Of a stretch of 64,000 bases of DNA, positions 16,958 to 25,915 are shown one piece after another. Within the stretch, counting starts at the first letter, position 1. The number at the start of each line of letters is the position of its first letter. Both the position numbers and the translations under genes were made by a program. The notes under the pieces are model-generated. The model was given only the letters and a program-made list of their open reading frames with translations. It had not been told where the DNA came from and ran no database searches. The stretch spans positions 2,924-66,923 of the forward strand of contig JAJEHF010000215.1 in assembly GCA_022823865.1 (NCBI GenBank), given 5' to 3'. This stretch comes from Bryobacterales bacterium. Its GTDB lineage: Bacteria > Acidobacteriota > Terriglobia > Bryobacterales > UBA6623.

Positions 16958-17509
16958 TTACGATTGCCTCGGATCAAAGATTGCAGCCGGGGGATCTTCA
17001 GAAATTTCAATGATAATCTTGCATTCGGTTCCTGCAAGCGGGGACAGATCGTGGCTTGAGTCGATCGCGATAGTTACGCGATGCACGGACACTGGTGCCG
17101 CTGCCTCAAACGCAGCCACTTCCGCAGGTGAGGGCAGCGCCGAAATCGTCCTAATCTCCCCGTCTAGTGTGTCCGCTTCTCCATCGGCGATGTCTAACTC
17201 TATGACTGCTGGCAACCCGGCTCTAAAATGCGGCGCTGCCTCGTTCTCAACCCAAATGAGCGCTTGCACAGTCTGGTTGGCCCCAAGCAAGTCCTCGCCA
17301 GACTCGATCAGTACGCCGTCTACCGCAAGGCTACGGCCTACATTGCCGAAGAAGAGCCATGCCGCAAGGATGAACAGCAACAGCGCGATGACCGCGACAA
17401 GCTGACGCTCACGCGGTGTGGAGACTGTCAATAGCCGGTCGAGTTGTTCACGCTCCTCCTTGGCTTCCGCAACAGTACTGTGAAATGAATCGAATGGATT
17501 ATTGAACAC
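16958..17509 (-). CDS. Short HlyD-family (NHLM-type) membrane-fusion-like protein lacking the coiled-coil hairpin
   Basis: NPFDSFHS...EEREQLDRLLTVSTPRERQLVAVIALLLFILAAWLFFG is the typical HlyD N-terminus plus TM. It is followed directly by a ~130-aa beta-rich domain. The start is placed at the in-frame GTG at 17509, after a GGGAGG ~12 nt upstream. The longer ORF to 17788 would overlap the divergent gene and the predicted promoter, but the start remains uncertain. Confidence 0.6.
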   Translation of the reverse strand: MFNNPFDSFHSTVAEAKEEREQLDRLLTVSTPRERQLVAVIALLLFILAAWLFFGNVGRSLAVDGVLIESGEDLLGANQTVQALIWVENEAAPHFRAGLPAVIELDIADGEADTLDGEIRTISALPSPAEVAAFEAAAPVSVHRVTIAIDSSHDLSPLAGTECKIIIEISEDPPAAIFDPRQS

Positions 17510-17585
17510 GACCGTGCATTGCCTCCCAGTCGAGATCAGGTGACGACGAAGAGGAGATCTCTCGCTTTCAGCGCAGTTTTCGGCG

Positions 17586-17615
17586 ATTATATGCAATCTC
17601 GAGCCGCGGGGGCAA
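17586..17615 (-). promoter_or_regulatory. Candidate sigma70-like promoter for the export/RiPP-like operon
   Basis: On the minus strand TTGCCC-N18-TATAAT, ~75 nt upstream of the GTG at 17509, in the divergent intergenic region shared with the FG-GAP gene. Confidence 0.4.
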
Positions 17616-17733
17616 GTCTCTTCCTGACAGTGCAGCAGAGCAAGCAGGTACCGCGTGGTGGCGCTATCTCCTGTTCGACAGGCGACTGCTGGCGCGGCTT
17701 GCGCCGTCGCGCGCATAGTGTCACAGTAGCGGG

Positions 17734-19680
17734 ATGCGTTCGACTTGTGGCTTCTTGGTCTTCGTGCTGCTCGGGCAACTCTCGGCAACGGAGCTCGAAC
17801 GTGTTCGCTACAACGACCCGAGCCTCGAGGTGGATCTCGGAGTCGGACTGTGGGCCTGGCCGCTCCCTCTGGACTACGACCAGGACGGCGACCTAGACCT
17901 AGTCGTCTCGAGCGGCGGCTTGCCCTATGAGGGGACGTACTTCTTCGAGAATCCAGCCCCGCCGGGAAGCAATCCAGCGATGCCGATATTTCTGCCGGGC
18001 GTGCGCATCGGCGAATACCGTACCAATGCGCAGGTCTCCCACAACTCCGGCCATCCCGCTCTGATCACCACTCCGGGCGAAATGCACGCGACTTTCCACG
18101 AAGACGCCTACTCCAAACCCGTAGGACTGGATGTCCACACGGAGCGAGTCTACGCTTCCAGCGGCAGGCTGCGGGCGAAGCAGTGGAAGCTGGCCGACTG
18201 GGAGGGAGACGGGGACCTCGACCTCATCATTGGAGTGGGCGACTGGGGCGACTACGGCTGGGACGACGCGTTCGACCGCTCCGGCACGTGGACCAACGGC
18301 CCGCTGCACGGCTACGTCTACCTCGCCCTGCGCGAAGCGGACGGCACGTTCAGCGATCCTCGCCGGCTCACAGCCGCAGGGCTCGACGTCGATGTATTCG
18401 GCATGCCGAGCCCCAACCTGGCGGACTTCGACTCCGACGGCGACCTCGACTTGCTCTGCGGGGAATTCCTGGACGGATTTACCTACTTCGAAAACGTCGG
18501 CACGCGGGAACAGCCGCGGTTGGCCAAGGGCCGCCGCCTGCGCAGCGGAGACGAACCGCTCGCGATGGACCTGCAGATGATCACGCCGACCTCGGTGGAC
18601 TGGGATCGTGACGGCGATGTCGACTTGATCGTGGGGGACGAGGATGGCCGGGTCGCATTTGTCGAGCACACCGGCCGGCTCGAGGCGGGCATGCCGGTGT
18701 TCGCCCAGCCGCGGTATTTTCGCCAACGCGCCGAGTTCGTCAAGTTCGGCGCGCTGGTCACGCCGCAAGGGGTGGATATCGATTCCGATGGTGACGAGGA
18801 CATCGTCGCTGGCAACACCGCAGGCTATATCGGCTGGATTGAGAACTTGGGGGGCTACCCGCCGCGCTTCGCAGAACCGGCACTGCTACGGGCCGCCGGA
18901 ATGACCATTCGCATTCAAGCCGGACCGAACGGGTCCATCCAAGGCCCCTGCGAGGCAAAGTGGGGCTACACGACGATCGGTGTCGCCGACTGGGACGGAG
19001 ACGGGCTGTTGGACATTGTGGCGAACTCGATTTGGGGCCGCGTCGTCTGGTACCGCAACGTCGGCAGCCCGCACAGCCCTCGCTTTGAAGGCGGGCGCCC
19101 CGTGCGAGTGGACTGGCAGGCCACGCCGCCCAAGCCAGCTTGGAACTGGTGGAATCCGGGCGAGCGCGAGCTCGTCAGCCAGTGGCGCACGCGGCCCGTT
19201 CCGGTCGACTGGAACGCGGATGGACTGATGGATCTCGTGATGCTCGATCACGAGGGCTATCTGGCATGGTTTCGCCGCGTCCTCCATGACGGCCACGCCG
19301 TACTGCTGGCCGGCCAGCGGATCTTCGAATCCCAGCCGGCGTCCGACTACGACCGGCAGCACCGGGCCGTGAACAACCAGCCGGGCCCCCTCAGGTTGAA
19401 CTCCGACTGGGCCGGCAAGAGCGGACGCCGCAAGATCGACGTGGTGGACTGGGACGAAGACGGCAAGCTGGACATCATCGTGAACAGCACGAGCGCGAGT
19501 TGGATGCGTAACTTGGAAACCGACTATGGCAAGACCCGCTTAGTCGACATGGGACCGCTCTCCGAGACCAAGCTGGCCGGGCACACGTCGAGCCCGACCA
19601 CCGTCGACTGGAACGGCGACGGTAGGAGGGAACTCTTAGTTGGAGCCGAGGACGGCTTTCTCTACTGGGCCAAGCCGTAA
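17734..19680 (+). CDS. Secreted FG-GAP/VCBS repeat protein
   Basis: Signal peptide MRSTCGFLVFVLLGQLSA and repeated DxDGDGDLDL(I/V)VG Ca-binding-like motifs throughout. Confidence 0.8.
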   Translation: MRSTCGFLVFVLLGQLSATELERVRYNDPSLEVDLGVGLWAWPLPLDYDQDGDLDLVVSSGGLPYEGTYFFENPAPPGSNPAMPIFLPGVRIGEYRTNAQVSHNSGHPALITTPGEMHATFHEDAYSKPVGLDVHTERVYASSGRLRAKQWKLADWEGDGDLDLIIGVGDWGDYGWDDAFDRSGTWTNGPLHGYVYLALREADGTFSDPRRLTAAGLDVDVFGMPSPNLADFDSDGDLDLLCGEFLDGFTYFENVGTREQPRLAKGRRLRSGDEPLAMDLQMITPTSVDWDRDGDVDLIVGDEDGRVAFVEHTGRLEAGMPVFAQPRYFRQRAEFVKFGALVTPQGVDIDSDGDEDIVAGNTAGYIGWIENLGGYPPRFAEPALLRAAGMTIRIQAGPNGSIQGPCEAKWGYTTIGVADWDGDGLLDIVANSIWGRVVWYRNVGSPHSPRFEGGRPVRVDWQATPPKPAWNWWNPGERELVSQWRTRPVPVDWNADGLMDLVMLDHEGYLAWFRRVLHDGHAVLLAGQRIFESQPASDYDRQHRAVNNQPGPLRLNSDWAGKSGRRKIDVVDWDEDGKLDIIVNSTSASWMRNLETDYGKTRLVDMGPLSETKLAGHTSSPTTVDWNGDGRRELLVGAEDGFLYWAKP

Positions 19681-19708
19681 CGACGGGCTGCTTGGTGGGG
19701 AGATACGG

Positions 19709-19724
19709 GGCCAGCGCGCTGGCC
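19709..19724. terminator. Candidate stem after the FG-GAP gene
   Basis: 16-bp perfect palindrome GGCCAGCGCGCTGGCC ~30 nt after the TAA stop. No T-tract. Confidence 0.3.
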
Positions 19725-19752
19725 AAATCACGACCGGCAGAGGCCTGCACGA

Positions 19753-21279
19753 ATGCTATTCCTTGAGCGCTTGCGTCGCAACTGCCTGAAGCACGGCCCG
19801 AAGACGGCGATAGAGTTTCGCAGCGAGGGCGGCGCGGAGAGAATCAGCTACGACGCGCTGTGGCACCGCGTCATGGCGACCGCCGCCTGGCTGGCTGAGC
19901 AGGGCGCCGCCCCGGGGGACCGCGTGGCCGTCTGCTTGCCGAAGAGCTTGGCCGCGATCGAGTTGCACCTTGCGGCATGCAGCATGGGCGCCGTGTCCAT
20001 ACCGCTCAATCCAGCCTATTCGGCCCCCGAACTGGAGTACCTGCTGGAGGACTCGCAGGCAAGAGTGCTGGTCACGCCGCAGCGGCACCCCGGACAGGCG
20101 GGCCCCGGCGCGCTTGCAGTCGATTCGCCCACTCGTATCGTGGCCGTAGATCAAGATACCTTTCAAGGGTCTCTGCCGTCCGCAACCACTCCGTTTGATA
20201 AAGTTACGCTTTCTTATAAGTCTCCTGCACTGATGCTCTACACAAGCGGAACGACGGGACGCCCCAAGGGCGCGCTTATGTCGCATGGCAGCTTGACAGC
20301 AAACATCGACATGCTGGGCGAGGCCTGGCAATGGTCCGCGGACGACGTTCTGCTGCACGTGCTGCCGATGTTTCACGTGCACGGCTTGTTGGTGGCCTTG
20401 CACGGCGCGCTGCACGCGGGCGCGAGCGCCGTCGTGCGTCCATCGTTCGAAGCGAGCACGGCGCTGCGCGACCTTGGCGCGAAGGACTGCACCGTGTTCA
20501 TGGCAGTCCCAACCATGTACCGCCGCCTGCTGGCGGCGCTGGGCGGTGGCAAGCTCGACTTGGGGCACATGCGACTGCTGACATCCGGCTCGGACCGCCT
20601 GCCGGTCGAGGTCTTCGAGGCAATCGAGGAGCGCCTGGGGCACCGCGTGGTCGAACGTTACGGGATGACCGAGACCGGCATCATGCTGTCCAACCCCGTG
20701 GACGGAGCGCGCGTTCCAGGCCAAGTGGGAGTTCCCCTGCCGGGCGTGGAGATGCGCATCGTCAAGGAGGGCACTGGCAAGCCCTGCGAGCAAGGGGAGG
20801 TGGGGGAGCTGCAGACCCGCGGACCGCACCTGTTCTCGGGCTACTGGAACGATGCCGACAAGACCCGCAGGTCGTTCACCGGCGATGGCTGGTTCCGGAC
20901 CGGCGACCTTGGGCTGCGCGACTCGCTAGGGCGCTTCGAGCTCAAGGGGCGCATGACGGACCTGATCATCACCGGCGGCTTCAATGTGTACCCGACAGAG
21001 GTCGAACACGTGCTTGCGCGACATCCTGGCGTCCTGCATTGTGCCGTGGCGGGCGTTCCCGACGCGGATTGGGGCGAGACCGTAACAGCGTTCGTGGTCC
21101 GGGGAGATGCTTCCACGACCGCCGAAGAACTGGTCCAGCACAGCCGGGCGTCCCTGACCGCCTACAAGTCTCCCAAGCGGGTGGTGTTCGTGGACGCGCT
21201 GCCCCGCAACGCGATGGGAAAGGTGCAGAAGAAGGCGCTCGTAGCAGAGCTCGCCGCGGAGAGCCCGAAGCCAGCGTGA
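19753..21279 (+). CDS. AMP-dependent acyl-CoA synthetase/ligase
   Basis: AMP-binding motifs LYTSGTTGRPKGA and GWFRTGD, and a C-terminal lysine region (PRNAMGKVQKK). Confidence 0.9.
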   Translation: MLFLERLRRNCLKHGPKTAIEFRSEGGAERISYDALWHRVMATAAWLAEQGAAPGDRVAVCLPKSLAAIELHLAACSMGAVSIPLNPAYSAPELEYLLEDSQARVLVTPQRHPGQAGPGALAVDSPTRIVAVDQDTFQGSLPSATTPFDKVTLSYKSPALMLYTSGTTGRPKGALMSHGSLTANIDMLGEAWQWSADDVLLHVLPMFHVHGLLVALHGALHAGASAVVRPSFEASTALRDLGAKDCTVFMAVPTMYRRLLAALGGGKLDLGHMRLLTSGSDRLPVEVFEAIEERLGHRVVERYGMTETGIMLSNPVDGARVPGQVGVPLPGVEMRIVKEGTGKPCEQGEVGELQTRGPHLFSGYWNDADKTRRSFTGDGWFRTGDLGLRDSLGRFELKGRMTDLIITGGFNVYPTEVEHVLARHPGVLHCAVAGVPDADWGETVTAFVVRGDASTTAEELVQHSRASLTAYKSPKRVVFVDALPRNAMGKVQKKALVAELAAESPKPA

Positions 21280-21296
21280 TGCTGACGTGCCGCGCG

Positions 21297-24293
21297 CTAC
21301 TCAGTCTCGACAAAGATCGGGGATGACCACGCCACCTCCCCTTCCCGCCTCGGCTCGTCTTCGCTGAAGCTCTGGAGCACGCGCAAGTAGTAGAAACTCT
21401 CGCGGGGATTCGGCCTCGGTCGAATGCCGGTCTCGGGGCGGGACCAGTCCGTGATCATGACCGTCGGCCCCATCGAGGTGTCGCTGAAGTCCGCGTCCTT
21501 GTACTCGAACTCAACCTCGCTGCTGCCCTGCCCCTTGTGCGTGTAGACCGCCTTGTTGTTCTTGACAACCTCGACACTCAAGATCGGTCCGGTGCCGCGC
21601 ACCCGGACATTGAAGACGGGCGACTGGGCCGCGGAAATGACCGACCCCTGGTGCTGTCCTGCAGCATGGAAGTCGACAGCTATGTTGTCGGTCGACGCAT
21701 ACGTCCTCCGCTGGCGAAACGCGTCCAACAGATCTTCCCGCGTCGTCACGCCGTCAGGCACGATCAAGTTCGCGTACGAGATGTGGGTGGAGTAGTGGTC
21801 GCTGGAGGCGATGAACCCCATGCGGTAGCCCACGCCCAGAGCATTCTGGACCAAGCCCTGCTGGTGGGGTGCCGCGCCGGCCCGCCCCGGACCCGGCGAG
21901 CTGGGCAAGGCCGCCCGAGGGCCGCCCTGCGTCTCGTATGAGTTCCGGTCACCCTGATAGATCTCCGTCACCGGGATCACGTCGTCGTTGCGGCGCTTCC
22001 AGTTCGTTCCCATCGTCGTGGCCGGTGTGTGCGGAATGCCGATCCCGCCGGTACGGCGCAAGTAGGCCCACAGATTCAGCGGATCCGAGTCGAGCAGTTC
22101 GGGACGCTCTCGCACGTGCAGGCGCGGCACGCGCAGGCTGAACACGCCGCGCTGGGCGTGAAAGATGTTGCGATGGCCGAGAGGGAAATTCGGGGTGCGC
22201 TCGTAGCCGAAGAGCGGCGTGAAGCGTCCGGGCACATAGAAGAGGTCGGCCGACTTCTGTGTCCGCCAGAATTGGAACTCGTTGTCGGACTGCGGGTACT
22301 CGGGCTCGTCGGTATCCAGCCATTGGCCGTAGTTGTGGTCGCTGACGCCAAGGAAATCCAATTGCGCCGCATTCAGCGCGTAGCGATAGGCGTCGTACAA
22401 CGAGCCGTCTATGGCCCCGTCCATCGAAATCTCGGTGTGGCGGTGCAAGTCACCACGGACGACCTTCCACGTCCTGCCATCGATCTCCACGCGGTGGGCG
22501 CGAATGCGCGCGATGTCCCCGCTCTCGTCCGCATGGGTCGGTCGGTAGTCCGGCGCGGCGCTCGGTTCGAACGGCTCTAGCTCTACCGCGTCGCCTGCAG
22601 ACGGCACCCTTGCCCCATCAATGCGCATCACCGCCACATCGTGCCGGCGCGGCAGTCCCACCGGCATGCGGCGGCCGTCGCCGACCACCGCCGCTACTAG
22701 CGAAGCGCCGTCCCCCGCGGCCGTGCTGACGACCGTGTCCTGGCGGCTGGTGCTGCCCGAAAGCAAGACAGGGGCGATCCAAGCTTCTCCAGTCCAAGTC
22801 GTGGCGTAGAAGTCGAAGAAATGACCGCCCCAGCGCCCAGCTCCGCGCCACTGGTGCCGCAGGAGCACCCACACCTTGCCAGAGCCATCGACCGCCAGTC
22901 TCGGATTTTGGAAGAGAGCCGGGTTCAGGTACCCGGGCGTGGCCCCGGTGACGTGCTGGCTGGGCTGGCTCCACTTGCCATCCGCGAAGACCGCGACCCG
23001 CGGGAGGCGACCCGCGCGCGGGTCGTACAATCGCGAGCCCTGCTTGAGGTTGATGCGGTGCTTGGGATTCTCATAGCCATAGTCCTTGCCCCAGTTCGGA
23101 GCGCCTTCTTCCCATGCGACCCACACGCGGCCGGCCGCATCGACGGCCACATCCGCCTTCATTTCCGCGAACGGAGTGGCGGAGACCGCGACCGTCTCGC
23201 CCATGCCGTCGTCGGCAACCTCGCGCATCAGCAGGTCGAAACCCATCTCGCGGTACGAATCCCACGCCACCCAAGCGCTCCCCGCCGCATCAACGGCCAC
23301 CGCTGGCTCCCAATCGTCTTGATCGGATCGGGTAAGGTTCGATGCTTCGCCCCACGACTCGCCGTCGAAGCGGCGCAGCATGATGTCGCTCTGGGGCGGG
23401 CCGCCGGAGGGCGAATCCCGGTACCCGGCCCACACCACGTAGAAGCTCCCGTCAGGCGCCGTAGCCACATCGTGAAACGCATCGGGCCGGGGATCCTCGC
23501 TCAGACGAACCGGCGCCGACCATGCGGCGCCGTCCCAGCTCTTGGCAAAGATATCGAAGTTCCCGGTGCCCAACTCCTCCTGAAGCCCGTACACGCACCA
23601 GACCCGGCCTTGGCCGTCCTCTGCCAACGCGACCCGGAAGTGATCGCCCGGTGCCGTGACGGATTCCTGCTTAGACCAAATGCGCCCGTCCGTGCTGCGC
23701 GAGACGAGGACCTGATCGGCGCCGTCCAAGTAGTCGCCCTCGCGGCGCAGCGTCCGATACGACACCCACGCCAGCCAGTACTCGCCGGAATTGGTGCGCA
23801 ACAGGGCAGGGTCGTCGTCTTCCGACTCGCTGGACGAGACCACCAGCGGATCTGGAACCCGCTCGATGGCAATGTCGTCACCGAGATCTGGCGGGAAGTA
23901 CGGCGCTCCGTAGGGCAGGTCGGACGGCACGAACGTGGTGTCACCCTGGCGCGTGAAGAATCGGAAAGGCACGCTCTCCGGTCCGTTGAGCGAGAGAATC
24001 AAGCCCGGGGCGGCCACGTCGCCGCCCACGGACTGGGTCACGATGTCCCAGCGGTTGGGCGGCCGCAGACGGTCGTCATCGTGAAGATGCCAGCCAAGCA
24101 TGCTGCGCAGGCGCTCAGCATCCTCCACGCCACCGTTCCAGACCCTGCCGTGGGTGCGCCGTTGCGCAGCAAACGTGATCTTGAATGCCGATTCCGCCAA
24201 TGCGGAAACCGCAAAGCACCCAAACAGCAGCATGACCAGCAGCGGTCGGAGGCTGTTCATCACAGGCCTTCGGATCTCTGTACTGTTGCTCAT
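21297..24293 (-). CDS. Secreted protein: BNR/Asp-box beta-propeller-like region + PHP/metallo-phosphoesterase-like C-terminal region
   Basis: Start moved to MSNSTEI...(24293) ahead of the signal peptide LRPLLVMLLFGCFAVSALA. Asp-box SRSTDGRIWS and metal-site-like GDLHRHTEISMDG / GVSDHN. Function uncertain. Confidence 0.55.
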   Translation of the reverse strand: MSNSTEIRRPVMNSLRPLLVMLLFGCFAVSALAESAFKITFAAQRRTHGRVWNGGVEDAERLRSMLGWHLHDDDRLRPPNRWDIVTQSVGGDVAAPGLILSLNGPESVPFRFFTRQGDTTFVPSDLPYGAPYFPPDLGDDIAIERVPDPLVVSSSESEDDDPALLRTNSGEYWLAWVSYRTLRREGDYLDGADQVLVSRSTDGRIWSKQESVTAPGDHFRVALAEDGQGRVWCVYGLQEELGTGNFDIFAKSWDGAAWSAPVRLSEDPRPDAFHDVATAPDGSFYVVWAGYRDSPSGGPPQSDIMLRRFDGESWGEASNLTRSDQDDWEPAVAVDAAGSAWVAWDSYREMGFDLLMREVADDGMGETVAVSATPFAEMKADVAVDAAGRVWVAWEEGAPNWGKDYGYENPKHRINLKQGSRLYDPRAGRLPRVAVFADGKWSQPSQHVTGATPGYLNPALFQNPRLAVDGSGKVWVLLRHQWRGAGRWGGHFFDFYATTWTGEAWIAPVLLSGSTSRQDTVVSTAAGDGASLVAAVVGDGRRMPVGLPRRHDVAVMRIDGARVPSAGDAVELEPFEPSAAPDYRPTHADESGDIARIRAHRVEIDGRTWKVVRGDLHRHTEISMDGAIDGSLYDAYRYALNAAQLDFLGVSDHNYGQWLDTDEPEYPQSDNEFQFWRTQKSADLFYVPGRFTPLFGYERTPNFPLGHRNIFHAQRGVFSLRVPRLHVRERPELLDSDPLNLWAYLRRTGGIGIPHTPATTMGTNWKRRNDDVIPVTEIYQGDRNSYETQGGPRAALPSSPGPGRAGAAPHQQGLVQNALGVGYRMGFIASSDHYSTHISYANLIVPDGVTTREDLLDAFRQRRTYASTDNIAVDFHAAGQHQGSVISAAQSPVFNVRVRGTGPILSVEVVKNNKAVYTHKGQGSSEVEFEYKDADFSDTSMGPTVMITDWSRPETGIRPRPNPRESFYYLRVLQSFSEDEPRREGEVAWSSPIFVETE

Positions 24294-24659
24294 CTCAGAG
24301 TCTCTCCGTGGCGTAAGCTTCGGTGAACACCGCTTTGGTACCACAGAGAGATGGTCGCACACGTTGCGCGCTGCCTGCGGCTCCCGGCCGCGCTCGCAAG
24401 TCCGTTCCGGGGACTCCAGCAGATCGGGCGGGCAGCCTCGCACAAGACCGCTTCGGGGCATTAGCCCCACACGCTGGCGACCCTAACCGGGTTCATGGAC
24501 GGCACGTCGGCGGGCCCGGCTCGGGCTCGTATGCGAACGGTGGTTCCAGGCCACTTGCAGCGTCCCGGGGGGACGACTTGCGGTCGTTTCTCGGAGCCCA
24601 GAGGCAAGCGCTTCGGGAACTCTCACCCAGTTTGCCGCGGCGCAGCACGCCCAGCCGGC

Positions 24660-25706
24660 TTAATGCACGATGGTGCGCTGCCCGCCGAAGAGCGTGCCAA
24701 CCTTCTCGTCCGCCAGGCGCACCTGGACTTGATGCGGACTCAGCTCCTCGTCGACCGAGTTCGGGTAGTAGCCCACGATGTACTCCGTCGCTGCGAGATC
24801 GGCCAGAGAGCGCAGGATCTTGCGAATCACCAAGTTATTGAGCACCATTGGATCGAAACTCTGGCCGCCGGTCTTGGGGCCGATTTCGGCAAAGATCGCC
24901 TGACGCAACTCTTGCTGCCGCAACGCAGATTGCCCGCCAAGCGCACCGCCCGGCCTGCGTGACGGGCCAATGCCCCTGTTGGTGCGGCGGGATCCGGCTC
25001 GGTTGAGCTTGTCCCGAATTTGGTCATGTCCCAAGATGACCGGGTAGAGCGGGATCGCATAGGCGTTTGCTACTTGGATGACGATGTCGGGATCCAGTTT
25101 GGTCGTGCTGAACCCGTCCGAGAACACAAGCATCATCCGCGAAACGTTGCGGCCGCGACTTGAAGCGTCACGCGCGGTCTGAATGATCGCCTCGTAGATC
25201 CGGCTTCCGCCCGCTTGCGACTCGTAGGCCAGCTCGATCGCCCGATTCAGCTTCTTGTAGTCGCGGGTCGGCCCGGTGAAGCGTTTGAGCGAGCCTGCGA
25301 AACCGTAGACCGAGATCAGAACGTCCTTGCGGAGGCCTTCCAACAGCGTCTCGCGGATGCTGGTGAAGTCCAGCAAGTTCTTCATCATGACGCTGTGGCT
25401 GAAATCGATCAGAAAGATGATTTCTGTCGGCACTGTGCGGCCTGCTTCAGCCGGCTCACCGTCGCCGGCTGGCCCTTCGACGAACGCGATGTTCTGCTTC
25501 ACGCCATCCTCGTATAGCTCGAACGACGCTTTCCCCAAGCCGTTGACGGACGACTTTTTCCGATACACGTGCATCGGCACCACAACGAGGTTCGACTCGG
25601 TTCTGATGACAAGGCCGGAATCCTCGACCGTTTCCTCCGCTTCTTGCCCGAAGACCAACGCAGTGACCGCTAGGAAGCCCGCTAGGAACCGCACGATCGG
25701 TTTCAT
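24660..25706 (-). CDS. Secreted VWA-domain protein (VWFA-related 'acidobacterial' type)
   Basis: Signal peptide, then the N-terminal pattern ...IRTESNLVVVPMHV...FELYEDGVKQNIAFVE... and a MIDAS-like IIFLIDFSHS. As I recall, this is the pattern of the acidobacterial VWFA family. Confidence 0.75.
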   Translation of the reverse strand: MKPIVRFLAGFLAVTALVFGQEAEETVEDSGLVIRTESNLVVVPMHVYRKKSSVNGLGKASFELYEDGVKQNIAFVEGPAGDGEPAEAGRTVPTEIIFLIDFSHSVMMKNLLDFTSIRETLLEGLRKDVLISVYGFAGSLKRFTGPTRDYKKLNRAIELAYESQAGGSRIYEAIIQTARDASSRGRNVSRMMLVFSDGFSTTKLDPDIVIQVANAYAIPLYPVILGHDQIRDKLNRAGSRRTNRGIGPSRRPGGALGGQSALRQQELRQAIFAEIGPKTGGQSFDPMVLNNLVIRKILRSLADLAATEYIVGYYPNSVDEELSPHQVQVRLADEKVGTLFGGQRTIVH

Positions 25707-25915
25707 CGCCTAGCCACCGCGGCTGCCCGTTCCATCCCAGATGACGGTCGTCCATCTGACCGGTGACCGGAGTCTAGCACGGGCTCGCCTGCATTGAGCG
25801 GCGGATCGCGGTTGAATCAAATCCTGGTCGCCCAGCGCTTCCGCCAAAGTTGGCAGGTGGAGGGGTGGCGGAACAGTGCATACCGCCGCGGTGGGAGGGA
25901 CGCGCTTGAAACCGC

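Noticed and set aside
17510-17788. The long form of the HlyD-like ORF (start 17788 or 17716).
   Set aside because: It would overlap the divergent FG-GAP gene start (17734) and swallow the best promoter candidate. The extra residues are Cys/Arg-rich with no HlyD similarity. The start nevertheless remains uncertain.
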